A stretch of DNA of 64,000 nt from contig CM035358.1 in assembly GCA_020137815.1 (NCBI GenBank), positions 1,054,001 through 1,118,000 on the forward strand, in the 5' to 3' direction. A program made the position numbers and the translations under genes. Below are positions 37,001-50,700 of this stretch, in pieces. Origin of the DNA: Hormiphora californensis (taxonomy: Eukaryota > Animalia > Ctenophora). The notes beneath the pieces were generated by a model. The model searched no databases and was not told the origin of the DNA. It saw only the letters and a program-made list of their open reading frames with translations. The stretch's first letter is position 1. Each line of letters opens with the position of its first letter.

Positions 37001-40000
37001 TTTGGAGGAGTGGAAATCAGCCCTATGGAATTTACTGGATCTGCAGGGAAGACCCTGGGTGTATTCCTTGACAGTAACATTTCGATGGAAAGGCAGATCA
37101 ACAGTGTTAAGAAGCAATGTGGAATGCTTCTCAAGAATTTGTGGCAGGTTAACCGATGTTTGGATAAACCGACCAAGATGCTTCTGGTGAAGCAACTCAT
37201 CGTTTCGAGACTTGACTACTGTAATGTCCTTTATTCTGGCTTACCAAAGAAGCTCCTGGATAGCTTGCAGCGAGTTCTGAACTCATGTGTCAGATTTGTG
37301 TATGGCCTGTATGGTCACCAGGACAGTTACATGCCCTACTTGAGTGAAATGCACGTCCTCCCGATTGAACAGCGAGTTAAGTTCAAGGTTTGCTTAATGG
37401 CGTACAAGATTGTACATGGCTTGGCTCCAGTGTACCTGCAGGAACAGGTCCCTGTGGATGATGGACTACATGTGATCCGGACTACCAGAGGAAACGCTCA
37501 GCCTGATGGCCTCAAGCTGAGGTATCCTAAGCTATCCAGTGTGAATGCAACTTCTAAGTTGAGGAGGAGACGTCCGTCGGTTTATCTGCCTGAAGTCTGG
37601 AATAAGCTTTCCATTGATCTGAGAGCAATTGACTCTGTGGACTCTTTCAAGTCTAAGCTAAAGACTAGTCTCTTCATTGAGGCTTTCGGTGAATCCTGAT
37701 TGTCCTAGGAGTGTTCTCTCCATCTTACTGAGGTTTGTTCTCTAGCTGGTACCTGTTTTATTTTTTCTGTTTTTTGGCTCGTGGCGAGCAGAAGTGTGAA
37801 GCACGTTTTGGGTTTTTTCATAGCACGAGTGTTTTCTATCTATTGGACTTTTAAACCATCTTTTTAGAGTTCCAGGACTCTATCTCAGTCTGTTATGTTT
37901 TCAGTTACCGATAGTTATGTGGGCCGTTGTTTTTTTTTTCTTTACCATTTTGTGTGCAATATTAAGGATAAGTCGGCAGGTATATTCTAGTATGTTAACC
38001 CTTTGAGACCGATAGGGTCACCAGTGACCCCACGCTAATTATGCATCTAGCGTCTGTCCGAACTAAATCTAAGAAGTTTAAATGGTTTTTCGGGTTAGAA
38101 TAGACATTTTTTGGCTGTTTTTGGGGTCATTTTAAGCTTTGAACATGTTAGTTTACTAGAAATGCCAACTCTAAGCCATAAAAGTTGAAATTTTGATGTA
38201 AAGTTGGCCATATCTCTAAAACGGTATAAGTAAGTCAATAATGGACCAACAAATCAAAAGAAAACCATAGGTTTTACCCCGGTATGAAGTTTCGTGATGA
38301 TTTGATCAAATTTACAACGCTCAGAGGGCAAATAATGCCGGGGTCACCAGTGACCCTATCGTCCCTTAACGCTAATATAGAAATTTGGATTTTACGTGCA
38401 TTTCTAAAGGATTGGCCACCGATAAAGGTCTAAAACGGCATTTTTCAAACGGGTGCTAGCGACTAACCGACTCGATCAGTGTTATCTATACATCTTAGAG
38501 AGTCGCTGAAAATTTTTTTGAGATTCGTGCTCCTTCATAAAAATTTTCATCTCGGCCAATTTGAAATTCGAAAATCGGCTACAGATGAGATACAGAGGTC
38601 CATAGGGTGTGTAAAATGTGCAGAATGGCCGGGTTTATATAAGTGTTATGAAGAAACATAGGGTCTAAGATGAGCGGTTTTCGAGTTATGAGGCAAAATA
38701 GCTACGAAATCTCAATTGTTTGCATTCCATTTGAGACCGATAGGGTCACTGGTGACCCCACAGAAACAAAGTTCGTAGAGACGAGTTTTTTGGTTCTGCT
38801 TTCAAGTAGGCTTGTTAGGAGTGTCTCCAGCAATTTTCAGATATTTCTGTCGATGGCGCCACTATCGGTCCCAAAGGGTTAACCGTTCAGATCATCCCTC
38901 AGTGACAGCAACAGTTCTACTGCTCTGTCCCTGTCGGATATGGGCGGAATACAAACATAGTTATTATTATTATTATTATATTACACCAACATGAGAATTG
39001 CATTATTCTCTCGTACGATTCGAATTATCATGTAGGTAGCCTGAATCAGTTTTTTTACATCTCTCCATCCCTCGCCAACTGGGTTATCACAAAACAATGC
39101 ACAGTTATGTGAGTGTGTAGGTTTGTAACCCAACACTCTCCATCCCATTTAAAATCTAATCTCGGCCCGCTCCCTGATTCAGTCACATCATTTTAGTTTT
39201 GGTACTGCAGAAATGGGAGAATAATGGGAAAACGTCACAAAAAGCGAAGGCCAAGAATTCAATTATTTCTTAGAGATTTTACCAATCTTATTTTAAAATT
39301 TTGAAAACACATTTACCTACCTACTAATTGAGAAGAATCTAACCCTCCATCCTCTACAGCTGTGTACACCGAACCCCTGTGAAAATGGAGGGACATGTGA
39401 GGTGACAGGGACAGGAGAGGACAGGGTTCGAACCTGTGACTGTATGGAGGGTTACACAGGGGATAACTGTGAGGTTAGTGTTTATAGTTGATAATACGTG
39501 CGAGGTTAGCCAATGAGCAGTAGCCCTACCAAAGGAGCAGGAACCGACCGAATCAGGAAATACTGGTCCCTGATTGGCTGATAACCACTGGTTATTAACC
39601 AGTCACGTGACCTAAATAACGAGTTCTGATTGGTTGTTTACTTGTTTCGGTCGGTTCCTGCAAAGGAGCACCGAGTAGCTCATAGGACAACACTAACTAG
39701 TGTGGGCTACTGCTCATTGAATATTTGCGAGCCGCGCCGTAGCTCAGAACTCATGAAAGACGATAACTTATGAAAGACGATAACTTATCGACTGTCGATA
39801 AGTTATGTAACAGGAATACTTGCCTACAAATTAAAAGATTCTCAATTATAGGAGATTGTACCGGGAACCTGCTTTGGTAGATGTAATGATAGAGCCTACT
39901 GCGAGACTACAGACGATAGTACACCATGCAACTGCTACTACCCTTACTATGGTAGCGACTGTGAAAATGGTGAGTTGTTAGCTGGCGGCGCTGTTCAATG

Positions 40001-43000
40001 TTCAATGAACAGTGCCGCCAGCTTATGAACATTGTTCATACATTGAGGGTTGGGTGGTTGGGCTAAAACTTTATGTGTATGGCGGGATATTTTCAGTTTC
40101 AATCCCCGGTTGGAGTCTCATGTTAGTTAGCATCTTATTAGTTACTTGCAATAACTCTCACACTAATCACCAAATATCAGAAATTTCAACCTACAAGAAC
40201 CTAAAAGTAGCATCTCGAGGAGTACTCAAAGGAACACCGACCACCATGACAGCTTCCATGAAAATGAAACAACCCCTGGCTACTGTTCCCATCTCTATTC
40301 CAGCTACATCTTCCCCTGGACAACTCTTTAAAGTCAAGTAAGAGAGATTTGTTTCTAGCTGGCACCATGTCGTGCCAGTTTGGTCACGAAATAACTCCTT
40401 CGTAGGGCGAGCTTATAGCGCCGGCAAGGGAGTGGTAACTTCGTTACCAATGTGCCAGTACCCCAGACATAATAATGCTAATTGGTGAACTGAACCAATG
40501 CATTTTTTCAGTTTTGAAAATGATGGAGTGGTGGTTGTTAGCTACGCCGACAATTCAAGTAAGTGCTCTAACTAGTTAGAGTTCAGAGTTCTCAGTTCTT
40601 ATTTTTCCTTTTTCACGTTATTTCCTGTTCCCAGTAAGTTGAGAAAGAGTTGAAAATTTGAAAAGCCACAACTGTTGGGCTATTCACTATCTCAGCAACC
40701 ATTATTTTCTAATCATCCCCCATCCCCTAATCATTCCCCCTCTACTATGCCACTATTTTCTAATCATCCCCATCCCCTAATCGTTCCCGCTCTACTTGCC
40801 ATTATTTTCTAATCATCCCCCATCCCAGCACTCAACATTGAAGCTACATTTGACAGTACCATGAAGAGTACAACCCTATCAACTGAGGCACTTGAAGGGC
40901 CCATGTCCCTGACTGTCATTGTGTACAGAGGGGATAGGGTTGCGGTCAAAGCTGGCCAGCTCACTGGGGGATCTAAAATGACAGTGAGTTGACTAAATTT
41001 TGATACTGCAAACTGAACCCAAGTTTAGTTGAAGTATGTTTGAAGGTTTGCTTTGTGACGGGTATTGGATAAACTTCAGTAATATATTATTGACACTTGT
41101 ACTACACTCCCTTCTGTGTATTAACAGGCAATTGTGTCAATTGGATCCAATAAATATCTTCTGAACTCGGGTACTACTATAATAATACTGCGCTACAGGC
41201 TACCGAAGCTGTGTAGTGCTGCTTCCATGCAGAGGGTATGACCCCCCATGTCTGACCCCCTGTCTCTCATATATCCAGGTGCCCTGAAATGTTTTAATTT
41301 CCCCTTTTCTTTCTAGGCAGCAGGGCTGGATTTCACGGGAATTGGTATTGGTAACATTGTCTCTGCTCAAGTATCCTGTCTAACGGTAAGTAACACTCGA
41401 GGTGTGACAGTGCATACTGATTTTTAGTTGTAAACTCATAAAGGCAACCTTTGCGCTTGCCATATATGCCAGTATTATAGCTGATTGTCCTTGCCTCGGA
41501 TAGTGCTCTACTCACCAGGAGGAGCTGTTTACAAATAAAAACAAGGAAGTTTAGTTCAACAGTTTACACATGTTTCAATACAAAACAAATTGTATTTCAT
41601 CAGAAATACAATTTGTTTTGTATTGAAACATGTGTAAACTGTTGAACTAAACTTCCTTGTTTTTATTTGCCAGTATTATAGTGATGTGCCTGCTCTATCT
41701 GAATGATAAAGGTTGAAGCTGTGATTTTTGATTTTTTTGTTTCAAGGTAACATAAGCCATAAATACTCAATTTTTTTCTGAATGCGTGTGGTACAAATAA
41801 TAGTAATGAAAATACTGAATTCATTCGTATCAATCTTCCGGTTTGTTTGTTCACTGCTTAGTGCGTGGCGTAAGTTACTCAACTCCATGGCGACGGTGGT
41901 GGTGGTGGTGATGGCGGGGGTGCTCTTCAACTCCACGACGGTGGTGGTGGTGGTGGTGATGGCGGGGGCGCTCTTCAACTCCACGACGGTGGTGGTGGTG
42001 GTGGTGATGGCGGGGGCGCTCTTCAACTCCACGACGGTGGTGAGGGTGGTGGGGTCCATGGGGGCGCTCTTCAACTCCACGACGGTGGTGATGGCGGCCG
42101 TGGGGTCCATGGGGGCGCTCTTCAACTCCACGACGGTGGTGATGGCGGCCGTGGGGTCCATGGGGGCGCTCTTCAACTCCACGACGGTGGTGATGGCGGC
42201 CGTGGGGTCCATGGGGGCGCTCTTCAACTCCACGACGGTGGTGAGGGTGGTGGGGTCCATGGGGGCGCTCTTCAACTCCACGACGGTGGTGAGGGTGGTG
42301 GGGTCCATGGGGGCGCTCTTCAACTCCACGACGGTGGTGATGGCGGCCGTGGGGTCCATGGGGGCGCTCTTCAACTCCACGACGGTGGTGAGGGTGGTGG
42401 GGTCCATGGGGGCGCTCTTCAACTCCACGACGGTGGTGAGGGTGGTGGGGTCCATGGGGGCGCTCTTCAACTCCACGACGGTGGTGAGGGTGGTGGCGTC
42501 CATGGGGGCGCTCTTCAACTCCACGACGGTGGTGGTGGTGGTGGTGATGGCGGGGGCGCTCTTCAACTCCACGACGGTGGTGAGGGTGGTGGTGATGGCG
42601 GGGGCGCTCTTCAACTCCACGACGGTGGTGATGGCGGCCGTGGGGTCCATGGGGGCGCTCTTCAACTCCACGACGGTGGTGAGGGTGGTGGGGTCCATGG
42701 GGGCGCTCTTCAACTCCACGACGGTGGTGAGGGTGGTGGGGTCCATGGGGGCGCTCTTCAACTCCACGACGGTGGTGAGGGTGGTGGCGTCCATGGGGGC
42801 GCTCTTCAACTCCACGACGGTGGTGGTGGTGGTGGTGATGGCGGGGGCGCTCTTCAACTCCACGACGGTGGTGGTGGTGGTGATGGCGGGGGCGCTCTTC
42901 AACTCCACGACGGTGGTGATGGCGGCCGTGGGGTCCATGGGGGCGCTCTTCAACTCCACGACGGTGGTGAGGGTGGTGGGGTCCATGGGGGCGCTCTTCA

Positions 43001-44619
43001 ACTCCACGACGGTGGTGATGGCGGCCGTGGGGTCCATGGGGGCGCTCTTCAACTCCACGACGGTGGTGATGGCGGCCGTGGGGTCCATGGGGGCGCTCTT
43101 CAACTCCACGACGGTGGTGAGGGTGGTGGGGTCCATGGGGGCGCTCTTCAACTCCACGACGGTGGTGATGGCGGCCGTGGGGTCCATGGGGGCGCTCTTC
43201 AACTCCACGACGGTGGTGATGGCGGCCGTGGGGTCCATGGGGGCGCTCTTCAACTCCACGACGGTGGTGAGGGTGGTGGGGTCCATGGGGGCGCTCTTCA
43301 ACTCCACGACGGTGGTGATGGCGGCCGTGGGGTCCATGGGGGCGCTCTTCAACTCCACGACGGTGGTGAGGGTGGTGGGGTCCATGGGGGCGCTCTTCAA
43401 CTCCACGACGGTGGTGAGGGTGGTGGCGTCCATGGGGGCGCTCTTCAACTCCACGACGGTGGTGATGGCGGCCGTGGGGTCCATGGGGGCGCTCTTCAAC
43501 TCCACGACGGTGGTGATGGCGGCCGTGGGGTCCATGGGGGCGCTCTTCAACTCCACGACGGTGGTGATGGCGGCCGTGGGGTCCATGGGGGCGCTCTTCA
43601 ACTCCACGACGGTGGTGATGGCGGCCGTGGGGTCCATGGGGGCGCTCTTCAACTCCACGACGGTGGTGATGGCGGCCGTGGGGTCCATGGGGGCGCTCTT
43701 CAACTCCACGACGGTGGTGATGGCGGCCGTGGGGTCCATGGGGGCGCTCTTCAACTCCACGACGGTGGTGATGGCGGCCGTGGGGTCCATGGGGGCGCTC
43801 TTCAACTCCACGACGGTGGTGATGGCGGCCGTGGGGTCCATGGGGGCGCTCTTCAACTCCACGACGGTGGTGAGGGTGGTGGGGTCCATGGGGGCGCTCT
43901 TCAACTCCACGGTGGTGGTGAGGGCGGCCGTGGGGGCCACGGGGGCGCTCTTCAGCAGTAACGGCCATTATGGCCAAGGCCACAATAACGATTAGCTTCA
44001 TTTTTATCAAACTAGGGGAGATATCATGTTGTTAAAATATTTAAATGGGCTAGGACAAACATGATACCGCAAATGATATCGTTGTACCACAATAACAAAT
44101 AGCACCCGCTCTTCAACTAGCTGTACCACAATAAGTAACTAGTATAGGGGGGGGTGTAGTATAGCTGTACAACATGGCAATCCATGTTAGATTGCTACTG
44201 TACAACTACTGTCATAGTACTGTGTTGTATTGAGTATTGGGCGTGTTATTTGTGCACCCCGTTCTAGTGTATATAAGTCTCCATTCACGTCATTGTCCCA
44301 GTACTTATCTCGCACTTTTGCTAAGTTTAGTTGCTATAGATCACCTGATAACTGTATTGATACTATAGTAATAGAGTGTATAGAGCGTTAACAAGAATCG
44401 AGACAGAAAGAGAGCGAAAGAAAGTTAGTTTTTAGGGTTAGGTTAGGTTTTTGGTTGGGCTAAGATTTTATATTTCGGGTCCGTTAGCACCAGAATCCGC
44501 CCACCGGTCCGCCCATTGCTACAACGTCATATAGAGAGATTGCTGTTCACTACTGGCATAACAGGAAATGGTATTGGTTGGTGGTAGTAGTAGTAGTAGT
44601 AGTAAAGAGATAGATAGAC

Positions 44620-44650
<31 letters not shown>

Positions 44651-44671
44651 GATAGAGAGCGAGATTGGACT

Positions 44672-44713
<42 letters not shown>

Positions 44714-47700
44714 CGAGATTGGACTGGATAGAGAGATTGAGTTTGGATTGGACAACTATTTTGAATCAAACAACAAACAATGTTACGCCCGAAAACGAAA
44801 CAAGTTTCCAAATTATTAGGTACATTTGTCATGGTGTTTTCGCCAATATTTTGACATGTTTCCGTTGGGTATGGCCTGGGCGGTATATATAAGCGCGGAA
44901 TATTATTGTTATTATTATTATAATATGTTGTACCCCATTCAAGTACAACAACTAAATCAGTATACCATGACAGTCAGGTACCGTTGTAATAGTGGCAGGA
45001 GATATGATGATTAACGGTGGTAAGGTGCTACTAGAAGGAAGGAATGTGGAACCTGCACCTAACTGTGCTGTTGATATGTGCCAAAACGGAGGTAATTAGA
45101 CGTCTTCATTATCAATCTGTCTGGCTCACGTTAGAGAGTCATGTTAGACATGATCTGTTGCATTTCCATTACTCCCTCAAAGGAGAACCATTTGCTATCG
45201 AACTTACACAACTAGGTTACTACTTGCCATGTTCTACCCTCTCTATCCGCACCCCACAAAACAACAGTCATGAGTGACGTGTGTATAACAACTGTTGTAT
45301 ATAACAGTGTGTTGATCATGTGCTCAGTAAATGGTTTCTTCTGATATTTCACAACCCCCTTACAGGTACATGTGTCGAGGCTACTGGTGTCTGTGACAGC
45401 TGTGACGATGGTTATACGGGTGATACCTGTACTGAACTGGTGGGTTTAGACAGAGCTGCATGATGACGTAACATAGTCATGACGTCACAGAGTCACATGA
45501 CGTCATATGACGTCACAATCTCGTGTGATTTATTTCCCCAAAACCAAAGTATCAGTAGTACTGTTTCAGTACCCCTCCTAGTCCTAGCTCCGTATAACAC
45601 TGAATAACCATGACTACAACGTATCCACAGGTGTCCTGTACTAAAGGGTGTCTGAACGGTGGACAGTGCCTCGGAGATAACTTCTGCCACTGCGAGTTAG
45701 GGTTCCAAGGGCCCCTCTGCGAGGAGGTAGTGATGCCGGGCAGCCAGTACAGGATGAAGGACGGGATGGGACATGTTTCATTCGTGACGTCATCTGACCA
45801 TCAGGATGACAGTGTGTTGACTGTGGAGGTGAACTTTGCAGCAATGCAGCTCAATGGAAATGATGGGAGCATCATGATGATATCTGCACCGCTAAATGAA
45901 ATGAAAGTAAGTTAATATATTGATCCACATAATGTTCTCTTTGCCACATGTTGAATTTATTATTAAAGTCTGAAACAGTCTCAAAGCAAGCTTTCTTCTA
46001 TTTATTTCCTTTTTTCTCTCTCGGTCAATGTTCTAGCAGATTACATCTGTACAAGGTCAAATTATACCGTTTTTATCTAAAATAACAAAGGACAGAATTT
46101 AGATTTTAAATTTACACACTCAGGCCCTTTTCAGGCCGTTCGAGTCGCCGAGGGATACGATATCTATAATCTGCATGATAAATGGTCTTTAGAAATAAAT
46201 ATATTTCAGATTACATCTACTGATGGGCAGACATACATAGCATTCATGAGAGGAGAGAGCCAGGCTGTATTCGCTGGTCCCGCCACTGCCTTCCTCGGGG
46301 CGGTCAAGATTGTAGCCGATAAGACGGTAAGGGTGGGGTGGGATTATGTGCCCTCTATTGGCACTTTCGTCTCTTACTAATATTACAAACCCGATTATTT
46401 ATTCACAACTTATTTAAAACAGTAGCACAGTAAAAGGTAATATCCAATTGTCTCAGTCGGTAACGATAACAAACAATGGAGAGGCAGTGTTGTCACATGA
46501 TCTGGCCGGATCAGCTCTCCCCCAGTACGAATGGGTCACCGTGTCAGGTTACATCTTCGCAGATGTCACTATTGGTGTCTCCGGGTCAACTGATACCTCC
46601 TCTGATGCTCTGATACCCACGAGTGGAAACCGTGTTATTGGTTAGTTGGTTAACTTGTTTAATTTCACTGAGATTCAGTAGTTAGAAAAATTCCATCTAT
46701 TGTTATTGATATTTGATCCAAACACATCAATAAACAGTTTTGTAACACCTGTCAACAACACCCTGCTCGATCCAGTTAGAATATAACACCCCCCTCCCAA
46801 TACAGTCGGTACAACGGATATAGTAGCCTGTGTTGACGGTGTCACAGCGAGATTTGGTGCTGCTGTGTCCTGTAGTGGTTGTCCTCCTTCTACCAACCCC
46901 CTGACTTGTGGTATTAGCACGTGCGACCCAGACACGTGTCACGGGACCTGTACTGATGTTGGGTAGGTGTAACAAAATGTAACAAAATGTCAGCGACCCC
47001 GAAGGGACTCGAACCCCCAATCTTCTGATTCGAAGTCAGACGCCTTAGCCATTAGGCCACGAGGCCGACAGTGTGATAGCATTTGCTAGGCGGCACATTG
47101 CTATGAAGCTCTTAAGTGGAGACTAATTAAGAAAGGCATATTTTAGTTTATGTTTTCCCCTTATATGGTCAGACTTTCGGATTGCATTCAAGGAATTGAA
47201 CCAAAATTGTGTTAAGAAAATGTAATACTATTCGTCAATATTCTTAGCAGAGCAAAATTGAAAACGGGTGATAGCAAAATGTCAGCGACCCCGAAGGGAC
47301 TCGAACCCCCAATCTTCTGATTCGAAGTCAGACGCCTTAGCCATTAGGCCACGAGGCCGACATGCAACGGTGAAATGTCAAGTTATTATCATGATTATAT
47401 TCTGAATATGTGCGTAATTCTTGCCTTCCTCGACCCTTTCTTACCACCGCTCGGAGGGTTAGATACAAAACATGACATCATAATTCTATCGTTAGATTGG
47501 CACACAAGTGAATATGTTTGTAGATCATATCACTTAAACATTGTTCGAAAAATATTTTTGGTTCGGTTGTGTGCTGTCTGCAGCAGTGCTGCCCCATTTT
47601 GATTACGACAGTGCAACGCCTGAACGATGCTTACCGGGTCTCATACCACCCAGGTATTATAATTATAGACGGCATAGCCTAATCATGCTAATGTCAATCA

Positions 47701-50700
47701 AAATGACTGGATCAAAAAGATCACAATTGCAAAATTTTATTTTTAAATTTTTCAAAATGTCAGCGACCCCGAAGGGACTCGAACCCCCAATCTTCTGATT
47801 CGAAGTCAGACGCCTTAGCCATTAGGCCACGAGGCCGACGGAAATTTCGCAATTGCAAGGATTTTATACTCTGAATAAACACACAATTTTCATTTACAGG
47901 GAATGTGTGTGCGATAGTGATCGTTATGGAGAAAACTGCGAATATGGTAAGTTAATTAATTGATTAATTTATATTTAACTAAACTAACTGTCTGTTTCAG
48001 CCCAAGATATCAGCCAATCAACCGTTTTGAAGACGGTTTCCCCCTACACCTCCCACATTGCAGTTTCACGAGTGTTCCCGGTATGTTAATGTAGTAACTA
48101 AAAAAGTGTAAATATGAAACCCCATTTGAATAGAAGCAGCGAAATATAATTATGACATAGATTCAGAATCATATTTTTGAGCGAGTCTTGGTAGATTCAA
48201 ACTCTCTGACTTTACGTAACGCGCGGGTATCTTGAAGTAGTGAAATCCCTTATCTGATGGTGTTAACGGCGCGCATTCCCCGCTATCCCACCAAACCATG
48301 GTCCACAACTACCGCGCTGGTGAGCGTTCCCGGTCTTATATCCCTCAGGGACCCTCGCTCTCTCTCACATCCCCCTCTATTTTGTAGAATTCAGATGTCC
48401 AGACTCTGCTATTTTGGATGAGAGTGGAGGATGTTACACAGAAGGGGGTTGTGGCCCATCGATACAGTATGGACGATCCTTCTCAGCACTTGACTATCAC
48501 TTTAGGTACATTCATCTTTCTACTATTGTCAGAGAGGTGGTAGATATAGAATGAAGTCACTGATAACCTGTTCCTTAGTTTTTGGGTTTTATATTCCCCT
48601 TTATCATTGTTTATCACTAAGGGCGGAATCACACCAAGATCTTCGAAAGAATTGTTTCGACGCACCAAACTCAATCACACTGAAAAGTATGGTTGGCAAC
48701 AGGCATGTTCACTTCTGTCTGGTACTGACAGGCGTTTATTCGATGAAATATCATCGAGAGGAGCTTCAAGCTGGTTAACAGCTTTGCCTTTGAAGGAGCA
48801 CGGTTTCGTCCTAAATAAACAACAATTCCGGGACGCCATTCTGCTGCGATACAACCTTCCCCTTGAAGATGTACCCGCTGCATGTGCTTGTGGCAAGGCA
48901 AACACTTTGGAGCACTGTCTCTCGTGTGCCCTGGGAGGTTACGTGTATTTACGGCACAATAACATCCGAGACCTCACAGCTAACATCCTCGTGGAAGCCG
49001 GCTGCAAGGACGTTCGCATTGAGCCGCAGCTCCTACCCATAACTGGTGAAACATTCCAATACCGTTCTACTAACACTGCTAACAGTGCCCGTTTGGATGT
49101 TTCTGCCCGTAATGTGTGGAGTGACTTGGACAAAGTTTACACTGACATCCGTGTATTCAACAGTCTTGCGCCAACCAACATCGGCAAGTCTCTCCAGGAC
49201 ACTATGAGGAGACACGAGAGGGAAAAGGTTTTGAATTACAACGACAGAGTCCTTCAGGTCGAGAAGGCAACTTTCACACCTCTAGTTTTCTCAACAACTG
49301 GGGTTATGGGCCCCCAAGCGGAGGTGTTCTACAAGAAGGTTGCTAAACTTCTATCAGACAAAACGGGACATACTTACAACGATGCCATCCGGTACATTCG
49401 TCTCCGTCTGTCTTTCTCGCTGCTGAAGACCATTCTCATCGCCATCAGGGGGTACAGGGGCAATAAATGGACACATTTTTGTAGCAAAACAAACGATTTT
49501 CACCTTATTATCTGATTTATTTATACTTAACTTATTACACCCGTAAGAGTAAATTTTATTTTTTATATCTATTCATGTAAATAATATTGTACTGACATAT
49601 TTTCTATTTGAACCGGTACCCCGGCCTTCGCAAAAAAAGTATGGTTGGTTCTTCACAGCAGGCGTTCAGTTGTTGTGAACGCCTGCTGTGCGCGGCGCAT
49701 TGGCACGTGCATCTTGGGCGCTGGCAGGCTTTCACATGTTGTAACATATAGAAGCCTGCCAGCGCCCAAGATGCACGTGCCAATGCGCCGCGCACAGCAG
49801 GCGTTCACAACAACTGAACGCCTGCTGTGAAGAACCAACCATACTTTTCAGTGTGATTGAGTTTGGTGCGTCGAAACAATTCTTTCGAAGATCTTGGTGT
49901 GATTCCGCCCTCACAAAGTTCAACCCAACCTACTCCCAAACGTAAGATTTTCAAAATATAAATCATATTCAGACGGTACGACGGTGTATGGTGAGATAGC
50001 ATGCAGTGGATCCCAGGTAGTCTCCCTGAGTGGAGATCTAGTAGCAGGAGAATGGACTATGATTATGGTGGATACAAGTATGATGATGAACACTCTGACT
50101 GTAGGAAATGGGGTTGATCAGGTATTTATTAGATCGTCCGCGTCATGGTCAGTTATCTAGTTATCGTCAACCACAATCCAATGAATCATTAGTTTTAATA
50201 TAGATTTATATCACTACATGACACTAATCCATCACTTATTCCTGCACAGGTGTATACTCCAGGATGTATTTTCAACCTGGACTCCCTGACCTACCTAGGA
50301 GGGGCACCCGGTAGGACTGGAGTTATGGCTACATTTGGAACACCCAATCTTAGTGAGTGTGCACTGCCTTACTTATCTTCATGACAAAGTCAAACTGTCA
50401 GAAATTCTGACTCTACGTTTTCTACTCGTTTCCTCAACAACTGAGTACTATAACACCCCCCCCCCCCTTATCAGTGCTCCCGATGGGCACCCAGCTGGAG
50501 TTGGACAGTACAGTAAATGTTGAGATATCTACCACTACAATCTGTCAACTACCCTCCATGCTCTCTCCCTGCAGCACCTCAGGTAAAGTATAATTTTTGT
50601 AACATGTTAACGTGTGGTGTGCGCATCAAAATTAATAATTTGCACATGCGCGGGGGTGACAACTTCAAAAAATCCGACTTTATGTTATAGTGACACAAAA

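Larger units (their letters stand above)
35084..38983 (+). mobile_element. 5'-truncated L2/CR1-group LINE
   Basis: ORF2 remnant 35198-37699, then a 3' UTR (interrupted by a piggyBac MITE) ending in (TTA)n at ~38960-38983. Confidence 0.85.

Noticed and set aside
41880-43950. CRISPR-like look: constant GGGGCGCTCTTCAACTCCACGACGGTGGTG with variable intervening sequence
   Set aside because: The spacers are a few recurring codon-phased variants, there are no cas genes, and the context is eukaryotic. This is a coding repeat.
41742-43995. Two other long ORFs over the His-rich array (732 aa minus, 737 aa plus)
   Set aside because: By-products of a stop-free repeat. Only the His frame has a signal peptide, a good ATG context, cleavage sites and a stop right at the array end.
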